In this document: positions 46,028 through 58,817 of the stretch, one piece after another | Position numbering within the stretch: the stretch's first letter is position 1 | How the letters are laid out: each line of letters begins with the position of its first letter | Assembly: GCF_001194135.2 (NCBI RefSeq) | Contig: NC_068983.1 | Span: 122,651,257 to 122,715,256, forward strand | Direction: 5' to 3' | DNA: 64,000 nt | Origin: Octopus bimaculoides | Lineage: Eukaryota | Position numbers and translations under genes: made by a program | The notes under the pieces: model-generated | Seen by the model: the letters and a program-made list of their open reading frames with translations, nothing else | Databases searched by the model: none | Told to the model about the DNA's origin: nothing

Positions 46028-46627
46028 ACTAGAATGAAAAATGTGGGTGCAGAATCCTAGAATATACCCAAGTATTGAACTGGGAAAAATACAGAACAAG
46101 CAATAATTAAGCCTTGAAAAGTGCAGGACAAGAAAGACAAGAAAAACATAAAAATATTGCTACTAAAGTTAAACTTTAAAAACTAAAATAGTAATAAATG
46201 CCATTTTATATTTTTTATTTTTATTTAAAAGTTTAAATTAAAATACTCAAAAAGCTATTTATTTTCAATTTTAGTGAAAAGACTAATTGCTTGCAAGTTT
46301 ATACATTAAAAAATTGATATCAGAAATTTATGCATTTAAAAAATCACATTATTGCAATTTAAGTAAAATTGACAACTATAAACCCTAAGTTTTTTTTAAA
46401 TAGTTAGGGAGTCATTTCTACATTTTGCACTCAATTTGATCATTAGCCTTCATTTTTTAAAAATATTTTTCTAACTGTAAAAAGAAAATACCTTGTTATG
46501 TACTTTAAAGAAATTAATTCTTTTGTTTTCTCCTATTTTGTACTCTTGAATTACATGTATTCTATATGCAATTTAAAATGCTTGGATAAGTTTTGTTAAG
46601 AGAACAAAATGAAATTGAAAAAAATAA

Positions 46628-48050
46628 TCTATATATATAAAAGAGAGATTCTGTCTGTTTGTTTGTTTGTCCAGCGAAATGAAAGTACTTGGTTCAGGGG
46701 AAGCTAAGAATGGGTAAATTACCTATCTAAATGAACTGTATTATATAATTGCCATTACTGTATTGTAAATAAAATAACACAATACAACTCATTTATTATT
46801 GTTATATAATCAACAAACAGAAGTTTGTGTATAAAATCCATCTTTTTTTCTACTTTAATTATTACATGTTCTTCTCTTATAAAATATGCACATACAGAAG
46901 AAGTAAATTTAAATCTGTAGTTGTAGTCTCACCCTGATTCAAATTCGAAACTGAATCTTTCAATTTTCCTTGGGCTTACGGCCTATTCAAATGTCAAAAG
47001 AAACTGTGACAAATGGATCTTCCACTTGACCTATGGCCTTCTCAGTGCCATTGCACAGTTACCTGCATTCCGTAAAGCTATTCTTCTATATGATATAGCT
47101 ACTTTTCTAGCTTTATTCACGTTGAAACTGAATCTTTCAATTCTCCTTCTTTAGAATATGTAGAGAGAATCTGACAGTGAAGCAACATGCACACAGACAC
47201 AATTTCACAGGGAAACGAAAAACATTGACACACCAACAAAAAGACAATTCACATCAACAACATGCATTCCCACTCACAGACCTGCTTCATTTTCACTACC
47301 GACTGCTTCAGTTAAACTTCTCTATCACACAACACCTTGCCTTGCATTCCGGTGATACAACATCAGAATTTCAGCACTAACACTGACAGGACACAACATT
47401 TGTAATTTCATTAGACTATTACTTACTGATATTCCTAATAAAAAAAAATGTCTTCTAAAAAAAGAGTGTCAAAAAAACGAATACCAAACGAACGCACGAT
47501 ATGCAGCAGAAAACAAAGATGAGACACGTGCATGGCTTGCAGGTCATCAAGAAAGAAAGAAAGCTTGACATGCATCTGAAACCAAACATCAAAGAAATGC
47601 ATGACTTGCAGTTGATCATCTTCAAACGAAGACCAAAGAAAACGAAGATCAAAGAAATGCATGATGTGCAGATAACCAACAAAGAATGGCAGCTTGACAT
47701 GCAGCAGAAAACAAAGACAAAAGAAATGCATGACTTGCAGATGATCATCTTCAAAGAGCATCGTATCGTATGCAAAAAACAACTCAAGAATACCCCTGAT
47801 AATACACAAAGCAGAAATTTTCAATTGGTGATAAATTCTAATGGAAGGTCCTCAGTTGAGCATTCACGGTGTTTCAATGCACCAGAGACTAATGAAGTTG
47901 CTATAATTTTTGCAGGTGAACAAACTGGAAATTAGGATATAGTGTAGAGATTGTTCCATTCAATAGGTAAGTGATACACACAGCTCCTATGATACTCTAC
48001 ACTACCTGTTGCTTTCTTCCATATTTGAGCATGGCTGATCCCAGTACCAC
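46628..48050 (+). mobile_element. Helitron 5' fragment with decayed RepHel N-terminus
   Basis: A|TCTATATATATAAAA...gtctgtttgtttgtttgtcc is a Helitron-type 5' end. Also present are repeated KRNA(R/*)LADD units and FNAPETNEVAIIFAGEQTGN*DIV (cf. the YNAP..NEVA...G.....RDIV motif of Helitron Rep). Confidence 0.75.
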
Positions 48051-48258
48051 CTGACTGGCTCTCATGCTAGAGGCACGTAAAAGCACCCACTACACTCTTG
48101 GAGCGGTTGGCGTTAAGAAGGGCATCCACCTGTAGAAACTTTGCCAGATCAGATTTGAGACTAATGCAGCCTTCTGGCTCACCAGCCCTCGGTCAAACCG
48201 TCCAACCCATGCGAGCATGGAAAGCGGACATTAAACGATGATGAAGATGATGATGATA
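48050..48258 (+). mobile_element. RTE LINE 3' end
   Basis: Homologous to 1-130, with a (GAT)n tail. Confidence 0.8.
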
Positions 48259-48885
48259 TCACTTATACATTGTGAGACTAATAACCTGGTGAAGCACTCA
48301 ATATACATATGCTTCAGAACAAAGTGCTAGTTGAGTACAGAGTGGTAATAAGAAAATGAAATGACAAAGGAGTAAACAACTGTAAGCTAATGGAGGTTAA
48401 TAAGATAATTGTTTATTCTTTTGTTGTCTCATTTTCTTAAACACACACACGTGTGTGTGTGTATGTGTATACATACATATATGTGTGTGTGTGGGGGTGT
48501 ATATATATATATATATATATATATATNNNNNNNNNNATATATATATACATATATGTATACATACATATATATATATATATATATATTGATGTAAATAAAC
48601 AAATAAAACTACTTGGGTTAGATATACAAAATATGCATACACGTATTTATGTAAATAGAGAGAAAGCAAAGACTGAAAATTTTCAGATGATGAACATTCA
48701 TGTATAAATATATAGATATTTATATATTAACAGAGCAAACTTTTGCAGAGTATCAAGACACAAAATATAGGGGAAAAGCTATAGTGTTAAAGGTCTAACA
48801 ACTGTTTCCGTGGGCTTGGCAACTTTATAATGTTGGTAGATGTATTTCACAAAAATATATCTGGATAATTTTCGGTGTTTAGCAA

Positions 48886-51800
48886 TCAATATTCTTTCTC
48901 TATTGGATTCCAAGTTAATTTCCTAATTTGATAAGTTTCAATTTTAAAACAATGATATCTGAAATGGGGTAAAATTAGTATATGTACACACACACACACA
49001 CATATATACATGGCTTGGTTTTTACAGCTGGATGCCCTTTCTATCACAAACCACTTTACAGGTTATAGTGGGTGAAATTTCTTGTGGCCCCAAGACTAGA
49101 GATATTGAAAAAATGTCCTTGGCAAGACATGACTAAAGGGTCCTTGCAACCCTATGTTTTCTCTTCTCATTTGTCAACCACTTTACAGTGTGTACTTGGT
49201 GTATTTTTCATAGCAACAGTACTAAAGAGGATGTTTTGCTTACCAATTATTGTAGAAAGAGTGCAGCAGGTGACTGAGTGTCACCTTGGCACTAGGAGTC
49301 TATATGAACTTTTCTGAGAAGCCCTGCTCCAATCAATACATATAAATAAAAAAAAACATTTAACTATACTGAATATTGATATCAGGTAGCAAAGTTAACC
49401 TCAAAATAGTTGAAATGCTATAACACTTTAACCCTTTCGTTACTGTATTTATTTTGAGATGCTTTGTGTTTCTTTCAATTAATTTTAAATACAACAATGA
49501 ATTTAGTAAAATAACTTATTTGTCATTAAGTTAGCGTTAGGGGCATAAATTGTGACTAAGGTTTGGTGGAAGATTTTAATTCAAAACTTATGAAAACAAG
49601 ACATTTGTACTACAGAGCCAAAGGCGGTTTCAGCCGGGTTAGTAATGAAAGGGTTAAAGAGATGATGGTGTATTAAATATCTATATCATTTAACAGAGTA
49701 CAACCACTTGGTTGCAGTGTTTTGTACCTTGGAATACTTATAACATCTACTTCCTATATTTTGCAAAATAGCTAGAGAGGATTAGGTAGCTACATTAAAA
49801 GTTATAGTAAACATTGTTGGCACTCCATCGCTTACGACGTCAAGGGTTCCAGTTGATCCGATCAACGGAACAGCCTGCTTGTGAAATTAATGTGCAAGTG
49901 GCTGAGCACTCCACAGACACGTGTACCCTTAACGTAGTTCTCGGGGATATTCAGTGTGACACAGTGTGACAAGGCTGGCCCTTTGAATTACAGGTACAAC
50001 AGAAACAGGAAGAAAGAGTGAGAGAAAGTTGTGGTGGAAGAGTACAGCAGGGTTCGCCACCATTCCCTGCCGGAGCCTCGTGGAGCTTTAGGTGTTTTCG
50101 CTCAATAAACACTCACAACGCCCGGTCTGGGAATCGAAACCGCGATCCTATGACTGCGAGTCCACTGCCCTAACCACTGGGCCATTGCACCTCCACTATA
50201 GTAAACATAAATATGACCAAAAGGGCTAAGCATTCATATTCTCCTCTCCAATGAAATCCTCATTACCTTTTTCTGTAGTAAAACACCAGAATCTAAGAAA
50301 ATCAGTATTATTTGCCTTTGGTACAAATTAATTGAAATAATTCAAACTATGAAATACTTTTCATACCAAGAAAAGAAGAGAAATCTAACACTTCACACTA
50401 AAATTTCCACAAGTAAAAAAAGAAATGTCAACCTTCTTAAGCTGAATGATGGAGGAGGATGTAAACCTGTAGCGCAGTAGTGATCAGGTTAAATGAGAAC
50501 TATCCTATTTCACCAAAGTGCAAGTGACTCTATCTCCACTAAGTGAATAGTCTGTTATTTCATCTTTATTTTAGGGATGTGATGGTGGTGGGAAATATAA
50601 TTTTTTATGTTTATATATTACATATTTCATATATACTTTAAAAATGTCTTGGTGGTATCCTCTCATCATTACCTTTCAGAGTACACTTCTTTTGTACTGT
50701 ATTGTAATATCCTCTTTTTGTAGGGACAATAGTCTTTTTTACAATAGTAGCTTTATGGTAACTCATATCCACTTTTAATATCAATAAAACAAGGAGTTGC
50801 ATTTGTTTTGTTACAGTGTTCTAATTATTCATTTAATTGCATTTTGGATTCAGAGTCAGATGTTATAGGTGTTACTTTCTGTCTTTTCATTTTTAACTCT
50901 TTAGTTAATTTATATTACTGGAGGAAGGGTCTTTCATAACAATTTTTTTTTTTTTTTTTGAAGAGGTGAATTACTTTGATTACCTTACAATTGTTTTAAA
51001 GAAATTTTGTAGTTTCTTAATGTATTGGTGGATGAAAAGCAAAATTGTTGGGTGAAGGCTGAACTGTTAAGTGAGATACAAAAGTGCACTTAGGGACAAT
51101 CTAAAGAGTCCTGTGGTGAAAGCATTAGCCATGACAGGTCTTGACACTGATTGAATTGGTATATGACATTCCTCAGAATCAGCCTGTAAAAAGGACATTA
51201 AATCGCTCCTTCCCCAACGTCCACCTGGTTACTCAAAGCAGTACTCTGGAAAGTACTAACAATTTTTTCTGTTTTCCAAGCCAGAGGTACAGGGAAATTC
51301 AAACTCCATTTAAATAGGCAGAAGTGTATCATACAACTTCAAAGATGGTGATTGGTGATTGCAAATGGTGATAGATGTATCAGTTTACTACCACTAAATT
51401 GTCTTGGACTCAATGTGTCTTTCAGTGTAGACCATTCAATGATGATCAATTGGGTGCAGGTCAATGCACCTGAAATCCCAAAACTGACAAGTGAGATATA
51501 AGAAGTTTTATGAGGATGACTGAAGTGCAATTCAACACCTTTCAGATCTAAAGATGGAACAAAACTAAGAAAAACAACTGTAAATAATTGATGGAAAGAA
51601 TATCTCTGAAAGCCTGCTTAATCATGACTTAGCAACCAACAAAAGTTCTCTGGGCAACAGTGCATGAAGGCCAATGATGAACAACTGAGCTGCTCCACCT
51701 TAATTGTAGAAATCAAACCTCAATGTATTCACTAAGAAGAAAAATAAATAAAAAGTATAAAATAAAAAATAAATAGGCACTTGGATCTCATAAGATTCTA

Positions 51801-54031
51801 ATAGAGATATACAGTATTAATAAAAAGAATGCTAATTTTCATGCAAAAAGAGAAACAAGTTGGTATCAGAAATACAACCATTATTATCATACTCAAGATG
51901 GGAGACAAAATCAGATTGTGGCAACTACAAAGGAATTTCGCTTTTGTCAATAGCTGAAAAAATTGTGACTAGAGTCCTACTAAACAGACTCATTCCACTA
52001 TTGAAGACACACCTCTCCAGATCTTAATCAGGTTATACACCTCTCAGAGGCACTAATTGTATGATGTGAGCAACACAAACCACTATGCCTGGCTTTCTGT
52101 GACCTCAAGGCATTTGATTTTGTAAATTCTGAAACTCAGTGTGAAGGGGTAGCCAATCTTGGTTGCTCACAAAAATTCAGTCAAGCATGAGAACATGAAA
52201 GCCAGAGTGAAGTGTTAGTTTTCCAAACAAAACATAGGACAGGGATGCATAATTATTTTTATGCTTTTTTCCTTCTTCCCCTTTGTTATGTTCAAACTCT
52301 CTCTATGGACAATTCTATACCTGGTGTCTAGATCTCATCCTGCATAGATGGTGAGCTATTCAACTCTGGCAGAGTCTTAGCCAGAACAAAGATTGCAACT
52401 ATATTAGTTATTTAGATGATGCCACAGTTTGAACAATTTCAGCAGAACAATAACTGACATATTTGGGGGTATGAATCTAACTCTCAACATAAGTAATACA
52501 AAGGTCTTGCATCAAAAAGCATTCAATAAACAAGAAGGCTGTCTGACCAATAGGGACATTTACACAGTGAAAAATTGTAAAGAATATATATCTATGAGTG
52601 GGTGCTGAAAAGTTCTTGGCTTTGGGTAAAAGGAAATACAGGGGGATCAGTTAATTATGATTTTATGCAACATATTCCCTCTCTCAGATTCACACACTTA
52701 TTGCAGTGGTCCTTCAGTTTTTCTAAGCCCTGTAAAAGAACTTGGAAGGTTGGGCCTCCAGCCAGACCTTTCATGATGCTCCTAAAGCTAGGAACTTTAC
52801 AACACCCACTTGTAGTTAGTCACTCAGAGAATGCAGAAATTGATAGGGAGATCACACACCACTTAAAATGTGCTAATGCAAATTTTGATATCTGAGAAGA
52901 TGGTCATATGAAGATCATGCTCTGAGACAACTAAACAACCAAGTTTATGTTAATAAGGCAGCTGTATGCACTCTGAAACTTGGACAAGTAAAAGATGACT
53001 ATGGGAATATACCCACAGTAATGTCTGAGGAAAATCATGCACATCCATAGACAAAACAGATAGAGGAATATCTATAGGCCTTGACAAAAGAAATACCTCC
53101 TTCCCTGAAACTATGATTACATGACATTAGCTTCAACAGGCTGGTTATGTCATACAAATGGCAATCTACTGATTGCCCAGACTATTGTTTTGTTCCTAGC
53201 TGAATGAAAAGCAAGTGTACACTGAGAGGACAATAGAAGCAATTCAAACATACTTAAAAGAAATATGAAAAAGTATGGATTCAATGTGTACAAGTGGGAA
53301 TCATTGATAAATAACCAATATAACTAGAGATAGGTCTATTATAATACAACCCAACATATTGACACAGCATGTACTGAATCTTACCAATAAATGAGAGAAC
53401 AGAAAGCAATATGAAATAACCAACACTTCTATGAAACAAGAAAAGCCTGACTTGTGATTGGACTTGTGAATCTTGCATTGGCCTATGTAGTCACATGTTC
53501 ATCTACAGAAGTTAAATCTGGTGGACAGTCCTCCTTGACATCAAGAAACTACCATTGAGGAGACACTGACTTTTAGTTGTAACTATATGCTAGTAACTCT
53601 TTTGAGAATGTCACACAAAACCATTTTCCATTCTCTTAAATGTGCAGCTTTGTAATAATCTTTGTCTACAAAAGGCCTTGTCAGTTTTTGTTTGTTGGTT
53701 TTATGGTTAACAATGGAAGGATATAATATACTGAGTCAAAAGTGGGAGTGAGAAAATAAAGTATAGGCTGAAGGAAGAGGTGAGTGCTGTAAAATGTTTT
53801 CATATACACACACTGACATAAATACATACACACACACACGCAAGAACTTGTATTAAGCTAGTGGGGCAGTGAACTATAATCTGCTGCTTCATTAATTACA
53901 TCTAGGCTGCCAACTTTATTGGATATATGTAATGTTGCATATAAAAATTCTTTGTTTTCTTTATCAGTATTAGAAAAGAGAACAAACGTCTTACTTTTTC
54001 AGTGCTTCAAATAAATCAATGTTTTATATAC

Positions 54032-54063
<32 letters not shown>

Positions 54064-54246
54064 AAAGAGAGTAAAAAAAATGAAAGTTTCCTCAGATTAG
54101 ATATTTCAACTATTAAATATTTTCACCTTCCTAAATGAATCATACCACAGAGAATAATATTATCTCATACAATCTCACAATATAACTTACATGAGTAATT
54201 GCTTCAAAGGAAAGCAGGAATGACAAATAAGTGTTTACCTGACCAT
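48886..54246 (-). CDS. Candidate small secreted peptide gene (58 aa, micro-exons)
   Basis: Coding segments 54246-54239, 53428-53385, 50292-50267, 49753-49728 and 48958-48886 give MVRSVGYFILLSVLSFIDSGVLLQKKEVDVISIPRYHCFKIETYQIRKLTWNPIEKEY*. Donors are CAG/GTAAAC, TTG/GTAAGA, AAG/GTAATG and AAG/GTACAA. The N-terminus is hydrophobic and signal-peptide-like. The last two exons are less certain. Confidence 0.4.
49432..49653. mobile_element. piggyBac-type MITE (222 bp)
   Basis: TTAA target duplication (49428-49431 and 49654-49657) and TIR CCCTTTCGTTAC / GTAATGAAAGGG. Confidence 0.8.
49815..50196 (-). mobile_element. Family A SINE, full length with 12-bp TSD
   Basis: TSD tatagtaaacat at 49803 and 50197. 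Near-identical to 631-1010. Confidence 0.88.
51400..53300 (+). mobile_element. Old degraded RTE/BovB-like LINE ORF2
   Basis: Scattered motifs RSKDGTKL, KGDKIRLWQLQRNF (cf. KGD....NYRGI), GQGCII and LDDAT across many frameshifts. Confidence 0.55.
52593..52890. mobile_element. Mariner-type MITE or end fragment nested in the LINE
   Basis: Begins TA|TGAGTGGGTGCTGAAAAGTTCTTGGCT, a mariner-like TIR. The partner TIR is not seen. Confidence 0.55.
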
Positions 54247-56637
54247 TGAAGAAAGCAAGAAAATTTGCTGGTACCATATTTATTCTAAAGTCACAGTGCA
54301 TAGCTCTTACTGCAAGCTGTGTCATGGAACTACAATTTTTGCATCATTAAATGGTTATCTGTTCCTTCATTACAACAGGTGATATCTAAAAACATGACTC
54401 TCTCACCATACTGTATATCAAGATTAGATTATTCCTGTTTTATAGAGGGTAGGGTTTGATTTGAGGAAGATTTAGCTTCTGTTTCTGAAGGGTTGAGGGA
54501 TCACATAGATTAGTGATAGGGAACCTTTTCAGTAGCAAAGCAAATTGAAAGTGCTTACATGTTAAAAAATGAATTTTTAATCTAATAAATTCATAGGTAT
54601 GCAACTTTAATTTAATTGTTTGGATATAAAACATAAATTTTTTTGCTGAGTTAGAGATTTCATATTTGATTGTGGAAAGAATTTCACTTGTGGGGGAAAA
54701 ATCACCCTGGCATGGGGGATCCTTTGTTAGCTGGTACCCTTAATGTGGGTGGTGGTTGTGGTTGTGATGTTGAAAGGGGTGTCCTGTCAGCCTGATTACT
54801 AAAGACACATCAGCCATTACCATTCTGGTTTTTTTCATGACATAGTGAACACAGAACCATGGTTTCTAAGATGATAAACTGTGAGCTGAGGAAGATTTTG
54901 CTATTATTTTTAGTAGAATGGGTAACCATGTAGAAGCTCCTTTGTTAGTTCATGTACTTAGGGCATGTATACTAACATAACTACGTTTCGATCCCTTTGT
55001 GAACTATATATATTTTTTCAATTTAGGTAGTTTCTTTCAACTATAAAATTGCAGCAAATTGCATTGTATGAACAGACTAAGCAGGGAATGAAACTTTTAT
55101 AGTTGAAGGCCCATGATAAAGCCAACATTAGCAGCATATTTTCAAGGACTCCTTGAGTTATAACTGAAACAATAAGATGATTATTTCTAATACAAGTACA
55201 AAGCCAGAAATTTGGTGAGAGAGATTGGTGAGAGTAATTGAATAAATCGATTTACTTACTTTACTGGTACTTTTTTTGAACCCAGAAGGTAGGATACAAT
55301 GATGACTTTGGGTTAGAACAAACATCAAAAGGTATTTTGTCCAATTCTCAGATGATTCAGCTTATCTAATAAGTATATAAAGTTAGAAATACTACATAAA
55401 TGATAAATAAGTATAAAGAAAACATATGTTACATAATTCAAGGGATGAGTAGGAATAGATAGGACTAGTCTGGAAATGAAATGATATAATTGAGTATATT
55501 GACAGATTATATAATTTATAAATTCATCAAAAACTTTAGGAGTGTCTTTTTTTTAAGTGAATTATATCTTAATTTAGGAAAGGTATTGTGATTGTGCATG
55601 AGTCTTGTGAATGTTTTATTGTGATACACATTCCTGATATTTAGTATTATTAGAGTTACCTCATCAGCCTGGAGCCAATCGGAATTTAAGCAGAACACCA
55701 AGGTAAAAATTACTGGATGATTTAATTTGTGCAAGTGTATACATGTCTGGAAACTTTAAACTTGAGGGCTACTACAGAGAGAACCAATATATCCAGAACT
55801 GTATTTTGCTTTTTCTTTTACTTACAAATAGTTTCAAAGCTCTTAAATAAATGTGTAACTTTACAAGAATAATAATCCTGTATAATGGTTCTTGACCTTT
55901 ATTCTTCTCCAGATGACTTAAAGGTGGTGACAATCAAACTGTACACATCTTCAAATGTAAACAATTTAATTCCATCTATTACATTACTGAAATGGACGTT
56001 GTAGATTTTCTAATTATTTTCCAAGTTATTATTTTACTAGCAAAACATCTTTGCATGTTAAGTCTTGAATCTTATCAAAAGACAGTACAATTAACATCTG
56101 CAATATAATCTTGAGACTACATAGCTTTTCCAAAAGTTATTATATATATGTTTCTCTTCTTGTTTTAAAGTTTAAAGAGTTCTCTAAAATAAAAACTCAA
56201 TTCCTCAGCATCTTTGATCCTTGCTCTCTGCTCATTTAGGTCACTTTTAACTCGTATAGGTTTCTTAGTTTGTAATACAGTAAAATACTCTAATGTTGCA
56301 GTACCTTAAACTTCATTCTCACATCTGTGCCTTGTTAACTTTCATATCATTTTAGTTTAATCAAGAAATAAGAATATAATAAAAGTACTTGAAATAGAGA
56401 TTAATATCACAATATCAAGCAGGTAAAAATGCAATCACCACTTTCTACTTCTTATGCATTTTCAGTTTGAATTATAGAAATTAAAACTGAACTCCTCAAA
56501 CTATTGATAGTGTTCTTTTTTAGTCAAAGATTTACTTCTAACATTAATCTTACTATAACCAACTATAGAGGCATGGTATGTATATCTATAAAACCTTTCA
56601 ATCATTTCCTCCTCATTGTATCTCATATTACACAGAA

Positions 56638-57020
56638 AGGGTGCAGGTGTGGCTGTGTGGTAAGAAGCTTGCTTCCCAACCACTTGGTTCCGGGTTCAGT
56701 CCCACTGTGTGGCACCTTGGGCAAGTGTCTTCTACTATAGCCTTGGGCCAACGAAAGTCTTGTGAGTGAAAGAAGCCTGTCATATATATATGTATATATT
56801 TATGTTTGCGTTTGTGTCTATGTTTGTCCCTCTCACCTTCACTTGACAACTGAAGTAGGTGTGTTTACATTCCTGTAGCTTAGTGATTTGGCAAAAAGAG
56901 ACTAATAGAATAAGCACCAGGCTTACAAAGAATAAGTCCAGGAGTCAATTTCTTCGACTAAAAGGTGGTGCTCCAACATGGCCGCAATCAAATGACTGAA
57001 ACAAGAAAAAGAATAAAAGA
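56638..57020 (+). mobile_element. Family C SINE
   Basis: Homologous to 38222-38818. Confidence 0.8.
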
Positions 57021-57648
57021 AAGCACACCTACATTCAACCTCTTGCTCAAATCATATCTCCTCCAGTTCAGTGCATGGCACTAAAATATGTTTCACCAGT
57101 TCAAAATAACTAAATAATACACACCTAATCTTCTAATTGACACCCCTCTGAAACTAATTATCTTCATTTTCTTCTGCTTACAACAAAAACGTACATTATC
57201 TCATTCTGTTGCAAAAATTGCAAATAAGTCCAACTTCCTGACTTATCCTCTGTTTTCATCAGCTCCCCCCCTCACTCTCTGCCAAGTATTGATACTGATG
57301 CAAGTATTCAGGAGTTCTTTAATATTTCATGATTTTTCTGCATTGCTCAACAATTCAATGTGTGTCTAGCTTACTGTGGTAAATTTTGTAACTGAATATG
57401 TAATATGACAAATTATTCATAAAACTTGTGAAATGATATCACCTTATGATAACAATGAATAGCAAAATAAAAACACAACTTCACTCTCTCCTTTCTTCAG
57501 TCCCTGTGAGTACAAGAGTCAGGAGTGATACACATAGCCAATTGAATCTAATCTTGCATTAACTTACTCCATCTTTTACTTAGCTACCCAGGGATCAATC
57601 TCATTCTTTAAGTTCCATTAGTTTAACTAGAATATTCACCTACTCTTA

Positions 57649-57882
57649 TTTCTTTATTGCCCACAAGGAGCTAAACGTAGAGGGGACAAACAAAGACAGA
57701 CAGAGGGATTAAGTCGATTACATCAACCCCAGTGCGTAAATGGTACTTAATTTATCGACCCCGAAAGGATAAAAGGCAAAGTCGACCTCAGCGGAATTTG
57801 AACTCAGAATGTAGTGGCAGACGAAATACCGCTAAGCATTTCGCCCGGCGTGCTAACATTTCTGTCAGCTCACCGCCTACTC
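57649..57882 (-). mobile_element. Family B SINE with 14-bp TSD
   Basis: TSD ttcacctactctta at 57635 and 57883. Confidence 0.88.
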
Positions 57883-57914
57883 TTCACCTACTCTTAGTGT
57901 ATAGTATACTCTGA

Positions 57915-58240
57915 GTGAAGACACATGGCTTAGTTGCTAGGGTATTCAGCTCACAATCGTATGGTCATGAGTTTGATTCCTGGCAGTGCATTGTGTTCTT
58001 GGGCAAGGCACTTTATTTCATATTGCTCCAGTTCATTCAGCTAGCAAAAATGAGTAGTGCCTATATTTCAAAGGGCCAGCCTTGTCACATTCTGTATGAT
58101 GCTGAACCTCCCTAAGAACTGCATTATGGGTACATGTGTCTGCAGAGTGCTCAGTCACTTGCACATTAATTTCATGAACAGGCTATTCTGTTGATTGGAT
58201 CAACTGCAACAATTGTTGTCATAACTGACAGAGTGCCAGT
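57915..58240 (+). mobile_element. SINE with CORE-like 5' half and family-A 3' half
   Basis: tRNA-like head and tgtgttcttgggcaaggcac, followed by the same 3' module as 631-1010 (cttgtcaca...gtgctcag.cacttgcacattaatttca). Confidence 0.7.
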
Positions 58241-58721
58241 CAGTTAAATATACTCTGAATTATTCCATATAATTAATGTGTTTTATTAAAATAAAAGGCT
58301 AGTGAATTTTATTATTAATTGAAGGTTGTCAAAATATTACTAATAAAAATTACTCCATACCTACTACATATTACCCCATTTGAAAATAACAGCAAATTAG
58401 AGACTGTTCTCTTTATGGATATAGTGATTAAATATTAAAACATTTGAAGTTTATTGTGGCTGAAGCAAAATTTGACTAACGCAAACTTGAAGCACTTTAG
58501 TTTATGAAATTAGGTGATATGTGACTTGACAAAATAAGTTTAGACATATACCAGTTTAGAACAATGGTTATAAAAACACTAATAACTGTGGCAGTAGTGT
58601 CAATGGTAATGGTGGTGGTGGTGGTGGTGGTGAAGGTAACGATGGCATTGGTAATTCTGATTTTAATTTCTTTTATAGGTTTAAGCAGTGGAAGCTGTCA
58701 TGATAAAATAGATATTAGTAG

Positions 58722-58817
58722 TAACCTTACCATTATAATCATTATAACCTTACCATTATAATCATTATAACCTTACCATTATAATCATTATAACCTTACC
58801 ATTATAATCATTATAAC
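58722..58817. repeat. Perfect 23-bp minisatellite, about 4.2 copies
   Basis: Unit taaccttaccattataatcatta starts at 58722, 58745, 58768 and 58791. Confidence 0.95.

Noticed and set aside
54975-55000. tacgtttcg, the reverse complement of a hammerhead CGAAACGUA half
   Set aside because: No matching CUGANGA half lies nearby.
55637-55920. Plus-strand exon pair reading IIRVTSSAWSQSEFKQNTK|MT*
   Set aside because: Splice sites are plausible but no upstream exons could be linked. The same DNA can be read as a minus-strand 5' UTR exon, so it is unresolved.
58564-58817. Hydrophobic ORF MVIKTLITVAVVSMVMVVVVVVV and a CRISPR-like look of the 23-bp repeat
   Set aside because: The ORF is translated (GGT)n microsatellite. 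The repeat has no spacers and the DNA is eukaryotic.
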